Of a stretch of 64,000 nucleotides of DNA, positions 18,076 through 28,351 are shown one piece after another. The notes under the pieces are model-generated. The model was not told where the DNA came from. It saw only the letters and a program-made list of their open reading frames with translations, and made no database searches. The stretch covers positions 148,021-212,020 of the IMG/VR virus record IMGVR_UViG_3300020608_000013; one strand, written 5' to 3'. Position numbers and translations under genes: made by a program. Within the stretch, counting starts at the first letter, position 1; each line of letters opens with the position of its first letter.

Positions 18076-18882
18076 TTAGTCAGTTTTAAAAATTGTAAGT
18101 ATCTCTGGATACGTGGGTAGTCGATTCCTAACGATCAGTTTCTTTAACTTATCTGGTTCATCGATTAAACAATCGTTAATGTACGAAAGCACATACGGTA
18201 GGTTTTCGGAACGTAAGATGGTTTTCACTGACTCATTATCAGTTTTACAATACTCTAAAACAATATCGTTTATTTCACGATAGGTATTTAGTGGGAAACA
18301 TTTTGCTTTATAATGGTAGGCTAGGTATGCTAAATTATTCAAAAACCAAACTTTGTGTGTTCTCGACTTTATATCATGCCGAGCGGCGCGAACTAGTTCG
18401 TGGACTTCTCTTTGAGACATTGTAGCTTTTAAAGAGAATGTAGGTATCTCGCTAACATTTTTGAGATATTGGGTTAATAAAGTATCAATACCTAGATTAA
18501 TAGGTCGATTACCGAACCCAACTTTCTCGAAAGCGCGTGACATTACTGCACCAATCCCTTGTTGTGAAAAACCCGTCATTATGTCTACACACAAGTGTGG
18601 ATCGAACCCTCTTGACGCTAATAGGAAGATGAATTCGTTTGTATGAATGATGGCTTTGTAAGCCATATCGTCGAGTACTAAATCATTCATCGTGAACGGG
18701 AGATTCAGAGTGCGTATAGTTTCTATGTCTTTTGACATTACATAGTCGACTAATGTAGTGATCTCACCGTCTGACCAATTTGCTAAACGCTCGTTATTGT
18801 TATAACACTCATAATACATCCCTGTTAAAGAAGTTTGATTTGAAATGTAATGTAAATTTATTTTAAGGACCATAGTAAACAC
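18076..18882 (-). CDS. Hypothetical protein (268 aa)
   Basis: ORF track. Confidence 0.8.
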   Translation of the reverse strand: MFTMVLKINLHYISNQTSLTGMYYECYNNNERLANWSDGEITTLVDYVMSKDIETIRTLNLPFTMNDLVLDDMAYKAIIHTNEFIFLLASRGFDPHLCVDIMTGFSQQGIGAVMSRAFEKVGFGNRPINLGIDTLLTQYLKNVSEIPTFSLKATMSQREVHELVRAARHDIKSRTHKVWFLNNLAYLAYHYKAKCFPLNTYREINDIVLEYCKTDNESVKTILRSENLPYVLSYINDCLIDEPDKLKKLIVRNRLPTYPEILTIFKTD

Positions 18883-18891
18883 TCGTGTTTA

Positions 18892-18933
18892 ATTAGAGGG
18901 TCTAGTGTGCTATAGCACACTAGACCCTCTAAT
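18892..18933. repeat. 42-bp perfect intergenic palindrome
   Basis: ATTAGAGGGTCTAGTGTGCTA/TAGCACACTAGACCCTCTAAT; no U-tract. Confidence 0.9.
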
Positions 18934-18946
18934 AAGTTAATTAAGA

Positions 18947-21532
18947 TTAATAAATAAACTTTTTACGTAGGTTGTTCAATTCCTCCAATTTCTCTGTGTA
19001 GTCTGTGATTTCATCAAAAGGTTTTTTACTAACCATATCTCGTTCGTCGACTTTAGCCAAAGTTCTTGCTATCGTTTTAGCATAATCTTTATAATGACCA
19101 CTTGAGAATATTTCAAAAACCACTGGGTTTCGTCTACAGTTTTTAAACGCTACGCTTTTCAAAAACTGTAGGTTTTCTAACACATTATAGTACTCTCTAT
19201 GTTCGTACAAATGGAGTAAAGTGTTCGCTACTTTCACTCGATTCTCTGACTCAGGGATTCGGTTTAATAGCTGGTAGAGTTTACTATCTGTATCTAAACC
19301 TAATAGGTGTTTCAGATAGTAATTCTTGTCATGCACGCGCTCATAATCGGCGACAAGGTAACGAACCGCTTGCATTTGTTCTTCGGGTAATGAAGTCGTG
19401 TGGTAGGTTTTCCACACGCGTGGGTCAGCGAAACGATTGTCATTGAGAACATTCTCGATTAGACGTTGTACAACTTTTCCTCTCTCGTCACGAGGGATGA
19501 ACTTACCTACTAGCCCTTCCCGTACTAGATATTTAAAAACAAAAGTGTTCCCGCCAAGATTGTATTGATCAACCACGCGCATAGTAGATGATAAACATAC
19601 TCTTATGTAGTCGTAATCATCTATTGTTGCAAGCCCCATTTCTAGCGCATGACGCTCGATAAGTGATTTTGGGATATGGTAGTCTGCCCCAATCGTGCCT
19701 AAATGTTTTAAGCACTTGTATGCTTCAACATACTCCCATACCTCAGTCAAGGGGAGGCTCTTTTCAACATGTCGATTAAGTACGTTGTCTACATGGGAGG
19801 CATCGCTAGAGCCTTTATACAGATTCAAGAGATGTTCGTAAACCCCAGCACCATAAGCAACTTTAGCGGCACGCATTATGATTTCGCGCACATCTACTGC
19901 AAAACGTTCTTTAGCATACTTCAACGTTTTAAAAAGGCCGCTTAACAACACCACATCTACTTTTTTATTAGCATCTTCAAACTCATCTACTGAGAGACTG
20001 TGGATAAAACTAACAACAAACTTGTTGACGCTGACGAAATTGATAGTATTCGTATCTAGTGACAGGTAATATAAATTACCCATTAATGCTACATCTGTTA
20101 AGACTCCCTTAAAGAAGTCTACAGTTATACTCAATGCGTTCAATTCGTGCGTAGTGACTGGCGAGTCTAACTTAAGCGCTCGTGTAACTAAAGTGTTAAG
20201 GTCACATTTTTTAACAAATGTTATGATGTTCTTTCTATTTAATTCACCATAGCTTTGAAGTATTATCAAAACACAAGTAATTAGATTCTTAACACCGCTT
20301 AGGGTCGTAGGGTCAAGACTAAACGCATGTTTACTATGTTTCCAATCGACGAACACCTCTAACGACGTTTGGGTAATCCCCAACTCTTTATAAGCCTCCT
20401 CATCTAGTAATTGAGTTAGTAACTTATTAAACATATAGGCGCTATGGAAATCTGCTTGTGAGTGATTAGGTTCAACCACCCGCTCAAAATCCATTCCATG
20501 AGAACCTACTTTACGCGCCTCTTCCCCGAACACTTTACCTAATGCGGTAGCGACAGCTTGGGGAGCCGCGCCTTCGCGATCATACCCGAGGTAAGTTAGC
20601 ACACTACTAACGTTCTTATCGAAGGATAATGTTGATGTTTTAGAACTTGGTATAGTAACTGTACTCGTTTTTGAGTCAACGACACTATCAATGCAAGCGT
20701 TGATATATTTGTCAACTAAATCGACATCAACCGTGTGTTTATACAAGGCGGCTAACCAACGGCTATCTTCGCCAGTCTCGCCACCTATATTCGAGAACAT
20801 TAGTTGTCTCGTACCGTTATTAACTTTAAAGCCCATAGTGTGGTAAATGGTGAAGTATGGGTTTAGATAAGATGGGTACCAAGGTTGGTCTAACTTTGTA
20901 AACAACCCTGTTAGCACACCGCCAACTACGGCTACAACAATACTTCTTGTGAAGTCTATGGGGAACACGCATTCTTGATCGACACGCACTTCTTCTAAGC
21001 TTTTTGTTATGTCACTATAACAATTGATCTTCTTCGATAGTAGGTAACGTCTACAGTCTTTTGCGACCGTAGTTGTGAAATGTTGTTCAACTAGGGCAAT
21101 TATACAGTCTAATGAACCCTCATCTATCTCTACTCTAAAGAAACTTAAAACGCCAACTATTTGTTTGATAGTTTGACATTTGTTCCCATTACCTGACACA
21201 TCACTGATTTTGCAATCAATGGTTCTTTTCCCCCACACGTTAGTAATGCCTTCGTACACATTCTCAGGAGACTCTTTTTCCAGTACGGTTTCAAACATCT
21301 TCGCTAGATTTTCATCATAACATGATGGGTCTTTACTAACAACCCATCCGCCCAATATGTCGGTTAAGACAGTCCCACTTCCTTTAATGAAGTTTTCAAT
21401 ATGTTTTTGAGAAGTCTTGTCTTCCTCTTTTAAGTTGGTAAGTAGTTTCTTAAAAACGGTAATGTCATCAACACCTTTTTCACGCATGATTGTGGAGGCG
21501 GTGTTTAATATTGTAAGCGTTCGAGTTTGCAT
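18947..21532 (-). CDS. Large multidomain helical hypothetical protein (861 aa), family B C-terminus
   Basis: ORF track; AAGGA RBS; C-terminal third similar to 16886..17899. Confidence 0.9.
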   Translation of the reverse strand: MQTRTLTILNTASTIMREKGVDDITVFKKLLTNLKEEDKTSQKHIENFIKGSGTVLTDILGGWVVSKDPSCYDENLAKMFETVLEKESPENVYEGITNVWGKRTIDCKISDVSGNGNKCQTIKQIVGVLSFFRVEIDEGSLDCIIALVEQHFTTTVAKDCRRYLLSKKINCYSDITKSLEEVRVDQECVFPIDFTRSIVVAVVGGVLTGLFTKLDQPWYPSYLNPYFTIYHTMGFKVNNGTRQLMFSNIGGETGEDSRWLAALYKHTVDVDLVDKYINACIDSVVDSKTSTVTIPSSKTSTLSFDKNVSSVLTYLGYDREGAAPQAVATALGKVFGEEARKVGSHGMDFERVVEPNHSQADFHSAYMFNKLLTQLLDEEAYKELGITQTSLEVFVDWKHSKHAFSLDPTTLSGVKNLITCVLIILQSYGELNRKNIITFVKKCDLNTLVTRALKLDSPVTTHELNALSITVDFFKGVLTDVALMGNLYYLSLDTNTINFVSVNKFVVSFIHSLSVDEFEDANKKVDVVLLSGLFKTLKYAKERFAVDVREIIMRAAKVAYGAGVYEHLLNLYKGSSDASHVDNVLNRHVEKSLPLTEVWEYVEAYKCLKHLGTIGADYHIPKSLIERHALEMGLATIDDYDYIRVCLSSTMRVVDQYNLGGNTFVFKYLVREGLVGKFIPRDERGKVVQRLIENVLNDNRFADPRVWKTYHTTSLPEEQMQAVRYLVADYERVHDKNYYLKHLLGLDTDSKLYQLLNRIPESENRVKVANTLLHLYEHREYYNVLENLQFLKSVAFKNCRRNPVVFEIFSSGHYKDYAKTIARTLAKVDERDMVSKKPFDEITDYTEKLEELNNLRKKFIY

Positions 21533-21618
21533 AATATGTTCCTTTTGTTAATGGAGTAAGTGAGAGTAGTTTACTCCCACTTTATTGACATTGTTGATAT
21601 TTAACTACGGTAACTACC

Positions 21619-22524
21619 CTATGCTTTCGGGTAGTATGCTTTAATATCTTCCATGAGTGCATTATACCGCACCATTTCCGCAGGTGTGGCAATACTTTTA
21701 AGGCGCTCTTCCATCATATTTAGGTTTTCGTGTAGGTGGGGTTTCAATACAATACCATGATCTTTTAACTCATGGTGCATGTTATTAAAGTATAGTGGGT
21801 GACGCTTCTTAACTAATAGGTAGCATATATGACTAAAGAGGTCATGGTTATCGTTAAGACCCAGCGTACGCGTTTGACACGGATATTCTCTATTACAGAA
21901 CGTCTTGTCGAGTGCGATTGCTCCAGGCGTGTGAAGAGGAAGTTTGTGGTAATTAGAGGAAACCACGAACCATTTTACCGCACTATCTCCATCCATTCCC
22001 CAAGTGTTAAAAACAGTGTTAAACACGCCCATTGTTTCGGGCGAAAAATGCTCTTCGAGTAGGGTAGTGAGGTAGTCGTTCTCTAGGGTTAAGTTATGAT
22101 AATGGTTTAGAATGTAAAATATTTCAAAAAAACCTCTACGCTCATAACTGCCCACGTCCTCTATAAAACCAAGAATATGACCTTTAATACCCTTAAGTAA
22201 TTCTGCCTCAGTCATGCCTGTATACTTCATCCAAAACAGGTTCCACGCCCTCAATTTAGGCGCGACTCTGTAATCCTCTAGACAAACCCCATCGTTTCGT
22301 AGCGAGTAGATGCAAGTGTCAAGCGCACCTTCAACATCTTCAAATGTCAAGAGTTGTTTGACAAAATTATTAATCGTTGGTTCGTGTCTATCTAATGGTC
22401 CTGTGGTGTAAATGTCTTTCCGTACTCTATCCAGGTATTTCTCAACCTGTACCAGTACAAATAACATTTCATGTTTATTGTTAATCTTACTAAGTTTGGT
22501 TAGTAATTCAGCGAAGTCGTCCAT
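21619..22524 (-). CDS. Hypothetical protein, family C (301 aa)
   Basis: FFEIFYILNHYHNL...FNTWG block shared with neighbours. Confidence 0.85.
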   Translation of the reverse strand: MDDFAELLTKLSKINNKHEMLFVLVQVEKYLDRVRKDIYTTGPLDRHEPTINNFVKQLLTFEDVEGALDTCIYSLRNDGVCLEDYRVAPKLRAWNLFWMKYTGMTEAELLKGIKGHILGFIEDVGSYERRGFFEIFYILNHYHNLTLENDYLTTLLEEHFSPETMGVFNTVFNTWGMDGDSAVKWFVVSSNYHKLPLHTPGAIALDKTFCNREYPCQTRTLGLNDNHDLFSHICYLLVKKRHPLYFNNMHHELKDHGIVLKPHLHENLNMMEERLKSIATPAEMVRYNALMEDIKAYYPKA

Positions 22525-22546
22525 AGTTTTATTCCTATATTTAAGG

Positions 22547-22587
22547 TTATGGTTGTTAAATATTTAACAACCATAATTATAATATAT
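22547..22587 (-). promoter_or_regulatory. Promoter motif (22578-22587) abutting a 30-bp perfect palindrome (22547-22576)
   Basis: ATATATTATA then TTATGGTTGTTAAAT/ATTTAACAACCATAA. Confidence 0.7.
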
Positions 22588-22599
22588 GGTTAAATTAAT

Positions 22600-23553
22600 T
22601 TAAACATATCCACCTTGTTTAAAAACTTCGATTATTGATAACGTTTTTTGAGAGAGTTTAGTTTTTGTGTAGTTTAGATTCCGTTTCTGGTAAAGATTGA
22701 TTGAATTAAATAAACGTTTTACAATTTCTTTTTCATGAGGTGTTGTACCCGACATTACTTTAGTAACGATATTGGTAGTTGGTTTATAAGGTACTGGTAG
22801 AGGTTTATCCATGTAAGGTTTAAAGACATCATTTTGTTTTAAATAGTCTTCAAAATATGTTTCTAAAATAGTCCTAATAAAATATCTGAACTTATAATGT
22901 TGGTCAACCACACTTTTCTCGTCATAAGGGTTGTCTTCACTTAAACCTTTGTCTAAGTATAATCCTAATGGTGTAATAATATTAAAAGACCCATTTTCAT
23001 GAACCACCGCCCTTTTAAAATCACTATTACCATAAAGATTATAGAATTGCGTGAGCCTTAGTAACGCACATGGTGACAAATGTCGTTCACAGACTTTTAA
23101 ATGTTCTTGAAATGGCGTAGGGTTGCTTTTATAGTGGGTTAAGACAATAGATAGCTCTACAACACTTCGTCGCTCGAACAAATCGAACTGAGGTAACATA
23201 TTTGCTATACTATCAACTACAATATTATCCTGTAAAATATATTCAGTTGTATAACTAGACCACCCTTGTCGGAGTATCGCATGTGTTTGGAAAGCCAGTC
23301 CATCCTTAACAGGAGCTTTAAACAGTTCTTTAAAAAGTATTTCATCTAATTCGTCATAAAGGTTGTTATTGTTTTTACTAATTAATTCTATTAATAAACG
23401 AAAAATATTAGGAGGTAGATAACTAAGCGGAGAATGTTTAATGTAGTTAATATCTTCACACTTCTTTAAATACGGTAATGCGATACATATATCCTCCACA
23501 CAACCCTCTACCACCACTTTTTCGCAAAAATCTTTAATTAGTGCGTCGCTCAT
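22600..23553 (-). CDS. Hypothetical protein, family C (317 aa)
   Basis: VVELSIVLTHYKSN...FYNLYG block. Confidence 0.85.
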   Translation of the reverse strand: MSDALIKDFCEKVVVEGCVEDICIALPYLKKCEDINYIKHSPLSYLPPNIFRLLIELISKNNNNLYDELDEILFKELFKAPVKDGLAFQTHAILRQGWSSYTTEYILQDNIVVDSIANMLPQFDLFERRSVVELSIVLTHYKSNPTPFQEHLKVCERHLSPCALLRLTQFYNLYGNSDFKRAVVHENGSFNIITPLGLYLDKGLSEDNPYDEKSVVDQHYKFRYFIRTILETYFEDYLKQNDVFKPYMDKPLPVPYKPTTNIVTKVMSGTTPHEKEIVKRLFNSINLYQKRNLNYTKTKLSQKTLSIIEVFKQGGYV

Positions 23554-23588
23554 TTCTTAAATCCTTTAATAGAAAAAAAAATAGTATT

Positions 23589-23625
23589 TATAATATACGC
23601 TACTAACTTAGTTAGTAGCGTATAT
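23589..23625 (-). terminator. Terminator hairpin (15-bp stem) whose distal arm overlaps a promoter-motif copy (23589-23598)
   Basis: ATATACGCTACTAAC-TTA-GTTAGTAGCGTATAT followed by a T-tract on the - strand. Confidence 0.65.
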
Positions 23626-23639
23626 TTCCTTCATTTCAT

Positions 23640-24902
23640 TTATGTGTAAGGGTATTCTTTCACAAACCGCGAACCTTCCGTTTCAATATACTCAATTAGA
23701 AAGTCAAGTGTGACACCCTCTTCTTTAGTTGGGTCGACTAACTTTAAGGGGATATTAAACAAGGTCTTGTATCCGTGCTTCTCTACTAACCCTGCAAAGG
23801 TAGTGTAGTCGTCTTCAGATAGTGTAGTTTTAAGGTTGTCTAACACCCACGCCTCTTTTTGATCAATACCCTTACGGTTTTGACGATGAGTGTGTAATAA
23901 CTGACCTACTACTGTTTTCAAGACCACATTATTTTCCAGATCATTAACCACTTGACTGATTTCTTCAGGTAAAGCGAGGTTTTCTGTCACGAACCCAGTA
24001 TAATGGTCAACTAATTTAATTAAAAGCTTTTCTACGAAAGTTTGCTGACTAGGTGTAATATCCGCATAATCCACACCCTGTGTAGCCACACCATCTACAA
24101 TACCTTTATCCACCGCCTCAATACAGCCTGGGGGTAGTTCATACCCCTTACAGAAGTCTGGGTAGTTTCTCGATAGTGCTGTACCGATACTCGCTAGTAA
24201 AGCAGTTTGTCTACTAACATAAACGTATTGAGGGAAAACTATTCCTTTATTAAAAAGTAGTTCATCTAGTTTATGGGCTAACGTAGTCTCGATTTCCAAT
24301 GGTGTGAGGTCTGTATCAAAAGTGTGTTGTATTGACTTCACACCACTAGTATTAAAACATGCGTTCATTGCGCGTGTCAGCTCATCCGACCCTTCCTCTT
24401 TAACAATCACCATGATCTCTTGCGCTGTAACCTCAACATCGCGGTAGATGTTAAGAATGTACATCAATTCAACAAAACGTTGCTGAACTCTTGGTTGTAG
24501 CTTACACAACAATGAAGCAGCTTGACCTCTACGTAAAGGCCGATCATAAACTTCTTCAGTCGATGGTAATGTGCCATATTCTTGACTATTTTTAATATAT
24601 CTACCATCGATAATGATGTCCTTATGGAGGAAAGGTTTCCAGTGTGATGGTACATCTAACGGGGGGCGCGGGCAATGTTCTTTAACATAGTCTTCGTCAA
24701 GGGTGGGTAGTAATTCTACCATATAGTTTCGTAACGGAATGTCGTATGCGTTTAAAGGGTTGTTATATAGTACTAATGTACTTAACAACGCTTCTTTATG
24801 TTTTAGCATGAGGGGTAGTACATCTTCAAGAGAGTGTTCACGAAATGTTCGTTCATCAGGATCAACATATGTCGTTTCCATGAATTCTTTAATAGATAAC
24901 AT
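23640..24902 (-). CDS. Hypothetical protein, family C (420 aa)
   Basis: FVELMYILNIYRDV...FNTSG block. Confidence 0.85.
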   Translation of the reverse strand: MLSIKEFMETTYVDPDERTFREHSLEDVLPLMLKHKEALLSTLVLYNNPLNAYDIPLRNYMVELLPTLDEDYVKEHCPRPPLDVPSHWKPFLHKDIIIDGRYIKNSQEYGTLPSTEEVYDRPLRRGQAASLLCKLQPRVQQRFVELMYILNIYRDVEVTAQEIMVIVKEEGSDELTRAMNACFNTSGVKSIQHTFDTDLTPLEIETTLAHKLDELLFNKGIVFPQYVYVSRQTALLASIGTALSRNYPDFCKGYELPPGCIEAVDKGIVDGVATQGVDYADITPSQQTFVEKLLIKLVDHYTGFVTENLALPEEISQVVNDLENNVVLKTVVGQLLHTHRQNRKGIDQKEAWVLDNLKTTLSEDDYTTFAGLVEKHGYKTLFNIPLKLVDPTKEEGVTLDFLIEYIETEGSRFVKEYPYT

Positions 24903-24920
24903 TTTATATAGGTCCTACGG

Positions 24921-25724
24921 TTAATGGGTTTTAAGGTGGTTTATGATAGTGTCTTGTAACGCTTCGTTCAAGACAGATGTATTGTTCACAACAAGATGAT
25001 CGCACAGGTTGTTCACAAGATTTTGGGTATAGTTTCCTATACTACCAATACTATTCGGTCGTCTATGTATTTTTTTACCCCCCTTTTTAAATTCGATTAA
25101 GTTTTCTATTTGGGTGGTGTAGTTATATAATACATTTACTTCTGCGTTTGTAAGCACGGCATCTTTTATTGAGGTGATGTTGTAAAACACCCCCTTTTCT
25201 GCAATAATAAAACCAAGTCCACTTCCTATCCGCTGCACAAGCACCTCATCAACAATCTCAAAAGGCGGGCAGGCTTCTAAAAGATAGTTGGTAATCACCC
25301 CTCTATTGTAAGTATGTGTATTAGCGCAACTCGTGAGATCAGATAAATTAATACGTGGTTTCGGTAAGCTGCACAACCAAGTGTCGAGACCTTTTGATTG
25401 CACAGATTGTTTTAGCGCATTAGGTAACGTGGCAGGTGTATGCCAGATTACATCAGTAAACGCTCCGTAATCAAGTAACTTGACTAGGTAGTTATAATGC
25501 GGGACATTCTGGTCCTCCAACGCGGAGAGAATTTCGTGATTGGTTTGATTCATAAAACAAGCACTATAATGTCGTAACAACCCAACCGTTTCTTTAAATT
25601 CAGCTTCCATTGGCGTGTCTCGTAAGATATTATACCAGAAACCACCAATTTGTTCTCGCAACAGTTTAATAACAGCGCGGTCTTGCGTTTGACCAACCTC
25701 GACATTCACATCAATAACACTCAT
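24921..25724 (-). CDS. Hypothetical protein, possibly family C (267 aa)
   Basis: FKETVGLLRHYSA...LLDYG block. Confidence 0.8.
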   Translation of the reverse strand: MSVIDVNVEVGQTQDRAVIKLLREQIGGFWYNILRDTPMEAEFKETVGLLRHYSACFMNQTNHEILSALEDQNVPHYNYLVKLLDYGAFTDVIWHTPATLPNALKQSVQSKGLDTWLCSLPKPRINLSDLTSCANTHTYNRGVITNYLLEACPPFEIVDEVLVQRIGSGLGFIIAEKGVFYNITSIKDAVLTNAEVNVLYNYTTQIENLIEFKKGGKKIHRRPNSIGSIGNYTQNLVNNLCDHLVVNNTSVLNEALQDTIINHLKTH

Positions 25725-25784
25725 ATTTATCTCCTAGTTTATGAAGGAAGAGAGGTATAGTTTCTATACCTCTACACTAACGTA

Positions 25785-27458
25785 TTACTTACTCAAATAA
25801 TCTCTTACCAAAGCGATTAGACTATGTTCCGCTTCAACATCGTTATTAAGCGTGTCACGAAGGTACACATAAAATTGTTGTTTTAGGCCAGCTTCTTTAC
25901 TATCTTTTAAAAAGTGATCCATATGTTCTAATAACGCACTACTTTTAAAACGATCAATGGTATAGCCATCACACCTTACATTGTGTTCAAGGTCTTGTAG
26001 TACACCTAAATACAGTTTAAATACCTCGATTTCAGGTTGATTGCGATAATACCGTCTAAAGTAATGGTCGAACACGCCATTATCGAATTTATCATCCACG
26101 CAAACTTTGTAGATGATATTAAATAGGCTATTTTTATCACAAACCCCTACACGCTCTTTTACATAATTGTAGATTCGACTGACGTTACGTTTAACAACGT
26201 CTTTGTATACCCAGGCTGTCGCAACTAAACCGAGTTCTATTTTAGCCTCACTTAGTTGATAGGTCGCTGTAAGCGGTTTAATAAGTTTAAGTATCTTTCC
26301 TAACCCTACACGTTTTACCTTATTTTCGTAAAGCGATACTAAGGCATCTAAAGAGCCTTTCTCGTCAGGTGAAAGTTCCTCCGCTACATGTTTTCTAAGT
26401 ATATTAATATTTAGTAATAGAGGGTCTAATGTGGTATAATCAACATCGTCGTTATTGACAAAAGATTTTAGCGCATTAACGACGTACGCATAGCGAACAT
26501 GAGTAGCGTTAGTTTTCTCAAAATCAAACGTTTTGTACATATCGTTAGTGCGTATCATTAACATAGCGTCTACACAAACGTCATAACAATCAACATCTGC
26601 GTAGTAGTTTAAGTCCACCTCATTAATTTCCGTATATTTCCCCAAATGTTGCGCGAGGTGGTGGGCATCATCAAACTTGTCATTACGCCCTACATCAATA
26701 GCGTCACGCATGTCTTTTAAAAGTTCTGGAGGTAGTGTTAACCCAGAACACATGATCGCTTCGTGGAGTAAGTTAGGTTTCTTTAAAATGTAAGCCCAGT
26801 AATGGTTTAGACAGCGGACGAGTTTAATAATCTCTTTAGATAGTGCAGGGCTTGGGCTTGGTTTTTTACCACCATATTTATAAATATCCTGTAGTTCGAT
26901 TTCTTTAAGTAGTGTGTCAGTCCCTACACTACCTGTCTTTTCCATTAACTCCGCACGACCTTTAAAGAAGTCTAAAGTCTGTTTCTCAATAGGTGTAAGA
27001 CGCTTAACTAAGAAATGGTAGGGCGTGTAGGCAAGGTTGTTAAGTCCCATCCGACTACCAGCGATAAAGGCATTATCTATAGTCTCTGCGTTGCTCACAT
27101 AGTACAGTGAGTAATCTGTACGCAATAGTAATAAACATAACGTAGTATTTGTTATATGGTTTACCGTTTTATTAATTTCCTCAGCCGTTTTATCTTTAAG
27201 GATGTCTTTAGTAGTATAGTAAGTAAGATCACCATCATTATAGGGATTTTGTGCTCGCATTATAAAACTTAATTCTAATCGAGTACAATAATCGCCCTGT
27301 TGAACAACACCTTCAGAACCTTTATCACTACACACTTTTGTAATTCGTTTTTCGGTGAGCGTATCACACGCAGTTGGGAAGAACCCAATGCAATCGATGT
27401 AGTGTTTCTCCGTTTTTTCAATTTGACTGTCTGTACAAACGATGTTACTATTTTCCAT
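25785..27458 (-). CDS. Hypothetical helical protein (557 aa)
   Basis: ORF track; AGGA RBS. Confidence 0.85.
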   Translation of the reverse strand: MENSNIVCTDSQIEKTEKHYIDCIGFFPTACDTLTEKRITKVCSDKGSEGVVQQGDYCTRLELSFIMRAQNPYNDGDLTYYTTKDILKDKTAEEINKTVNHITNTTLCLLLLRTDYSLYYVSNAETIDNAFIAGSRMGLNNLAYTPYHFLVKRLTPIEKQTLDFFKGRAELMEKTGSVGTDTLLKEIELQDIYKYGGKKPSPSPALSKEIIKLVRCLNHYWAYILKKPNLLHEAIMCSGLTLPPELLKDMRDAIDVGRNDKFDDAHHLAQHLGKYTEINEVDLNYYADVDCYDVCVDAMLMIRTNDMYKTFDFEKTNATHVRYAYVVNALKSFVNNDDVDYTTLDPLLLNINILRKHVAEELSPDEKGSLDALVSLYENKVKRVGLGKILKLIKPLTATYQLSEAKIELGLVATAWVYKDVVKRNVSRIYNYVKERVGVCDKNSLFNIIYKVCVDDKFDNGVFDHYFRRYYRNQPEIEVFKLYLGVLQDLEHNVRCDGYTIDRFKSSALLEHMDHFLKDSKEAGLKQQFYVYLRDTLNNDVEAEHSLIALVRDYLSK

Positions 27459-27461
27459 GAT

Positions 27462-28262
27462 TTAATTTCCTGTTTTTACGTAAATGTTATGGTTTTGTAA
27501 ATATTCAACACTATCATAATCAAAATAGTATTGCTTTTCAGTGATTGTCACGACCTTTAAAGAAGGGCACGCGACTAGTTCTCGCAAGTTTTTAATAGTG
27601 GTGTTAACACATATCAAAGACGCTAAGTTACTAGGAAAGCTCCCATTGAAACAAAAATTACGGCAGTTAGAAAGTACTAAACGTTCTAACCGTACTAATG
27701 GTTTAAAAACCATTTGATGTTCAGTAAGATCGCAATCGAGTATAAATAACGATGAACAGCTTCGCCACTCATAAACCACATTGCGGAGTTCTTTCCTAAC
27801 ATCTAAGAATTTGTCTTTCGTCTTATCTTGTATGACGACCTCTTGCCTCAAATCACTATGTGTGATGACAAATTCGGTAAATTTAGCAATGTGACCGTCA
27901 GCCCAATGTTTAAGGTTAGGGTGGCTAACAGCACACCCATAATCTTTTAATTCGCTAACGATGGCGCGAATAGCTTTCGTATTTGGCATAGTAAGTTCAC
28001 TGAGTAACGTGACGTTATCCAAATACATGCGTTTAGGCACAACATAGTTAGTAAGAACATTGAAGTCTCCTGACACTTCACAGTTCTCAAGCACAATAAC
28101 ACTGGCATTGTGTTTCGCAACGTCTTCTACAGGGAGTCGCGAATCGTTCTTAACGGTTATTTGTTGCACACTTCCATGACAAGTATCTCGTAAACCTTCT
28201 ACTATATCCACATAGTTGTATAAAGCGCCCTGATCATCGAGCAATGGGTAGTTTTCACTCAT
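27462..28262 (-). CDS. LRR-like protein, outlier of the array family (266 aa)
   Basis: LERLVLSNC, FPSNLASLICVNTTIKNLRELVACPSLKVVTI, terminal LQNHNIYV cap. Confidence 0.7.
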   Translation of the reverse strand: MSENYPLLDDQGALYNYVDIVEGLRDTCHGSVQQITVKNDSRLPVEDVAKHNASVIVLENCEVSGDFNVLTNYVVPKRMYLDNVTLLSELTMPNTKAIRAIVSELKDYGCAVSHPNLKHWADGHIAKFTEFVITHSDLRQEVVIQDKTKDKFLDVRKELRNVVYEWRSCSSLFILDCDLTEHQMVFKPLVRLERLVLSNCRNFCFNGSFPSNLASLICVNTTIKNLRELVACPSLKVVTITEKQYYFDYDSVEYLQNHNIYVKTGN

Positions 28263-28351
28263 AAATTTCCCCTTTATTTAAAATAGGGTGTCGGTCAATG
28301 AGTTAAGAGATAATCCTTCATTTACCTAACACCCACAAAAATGTTAAATAA

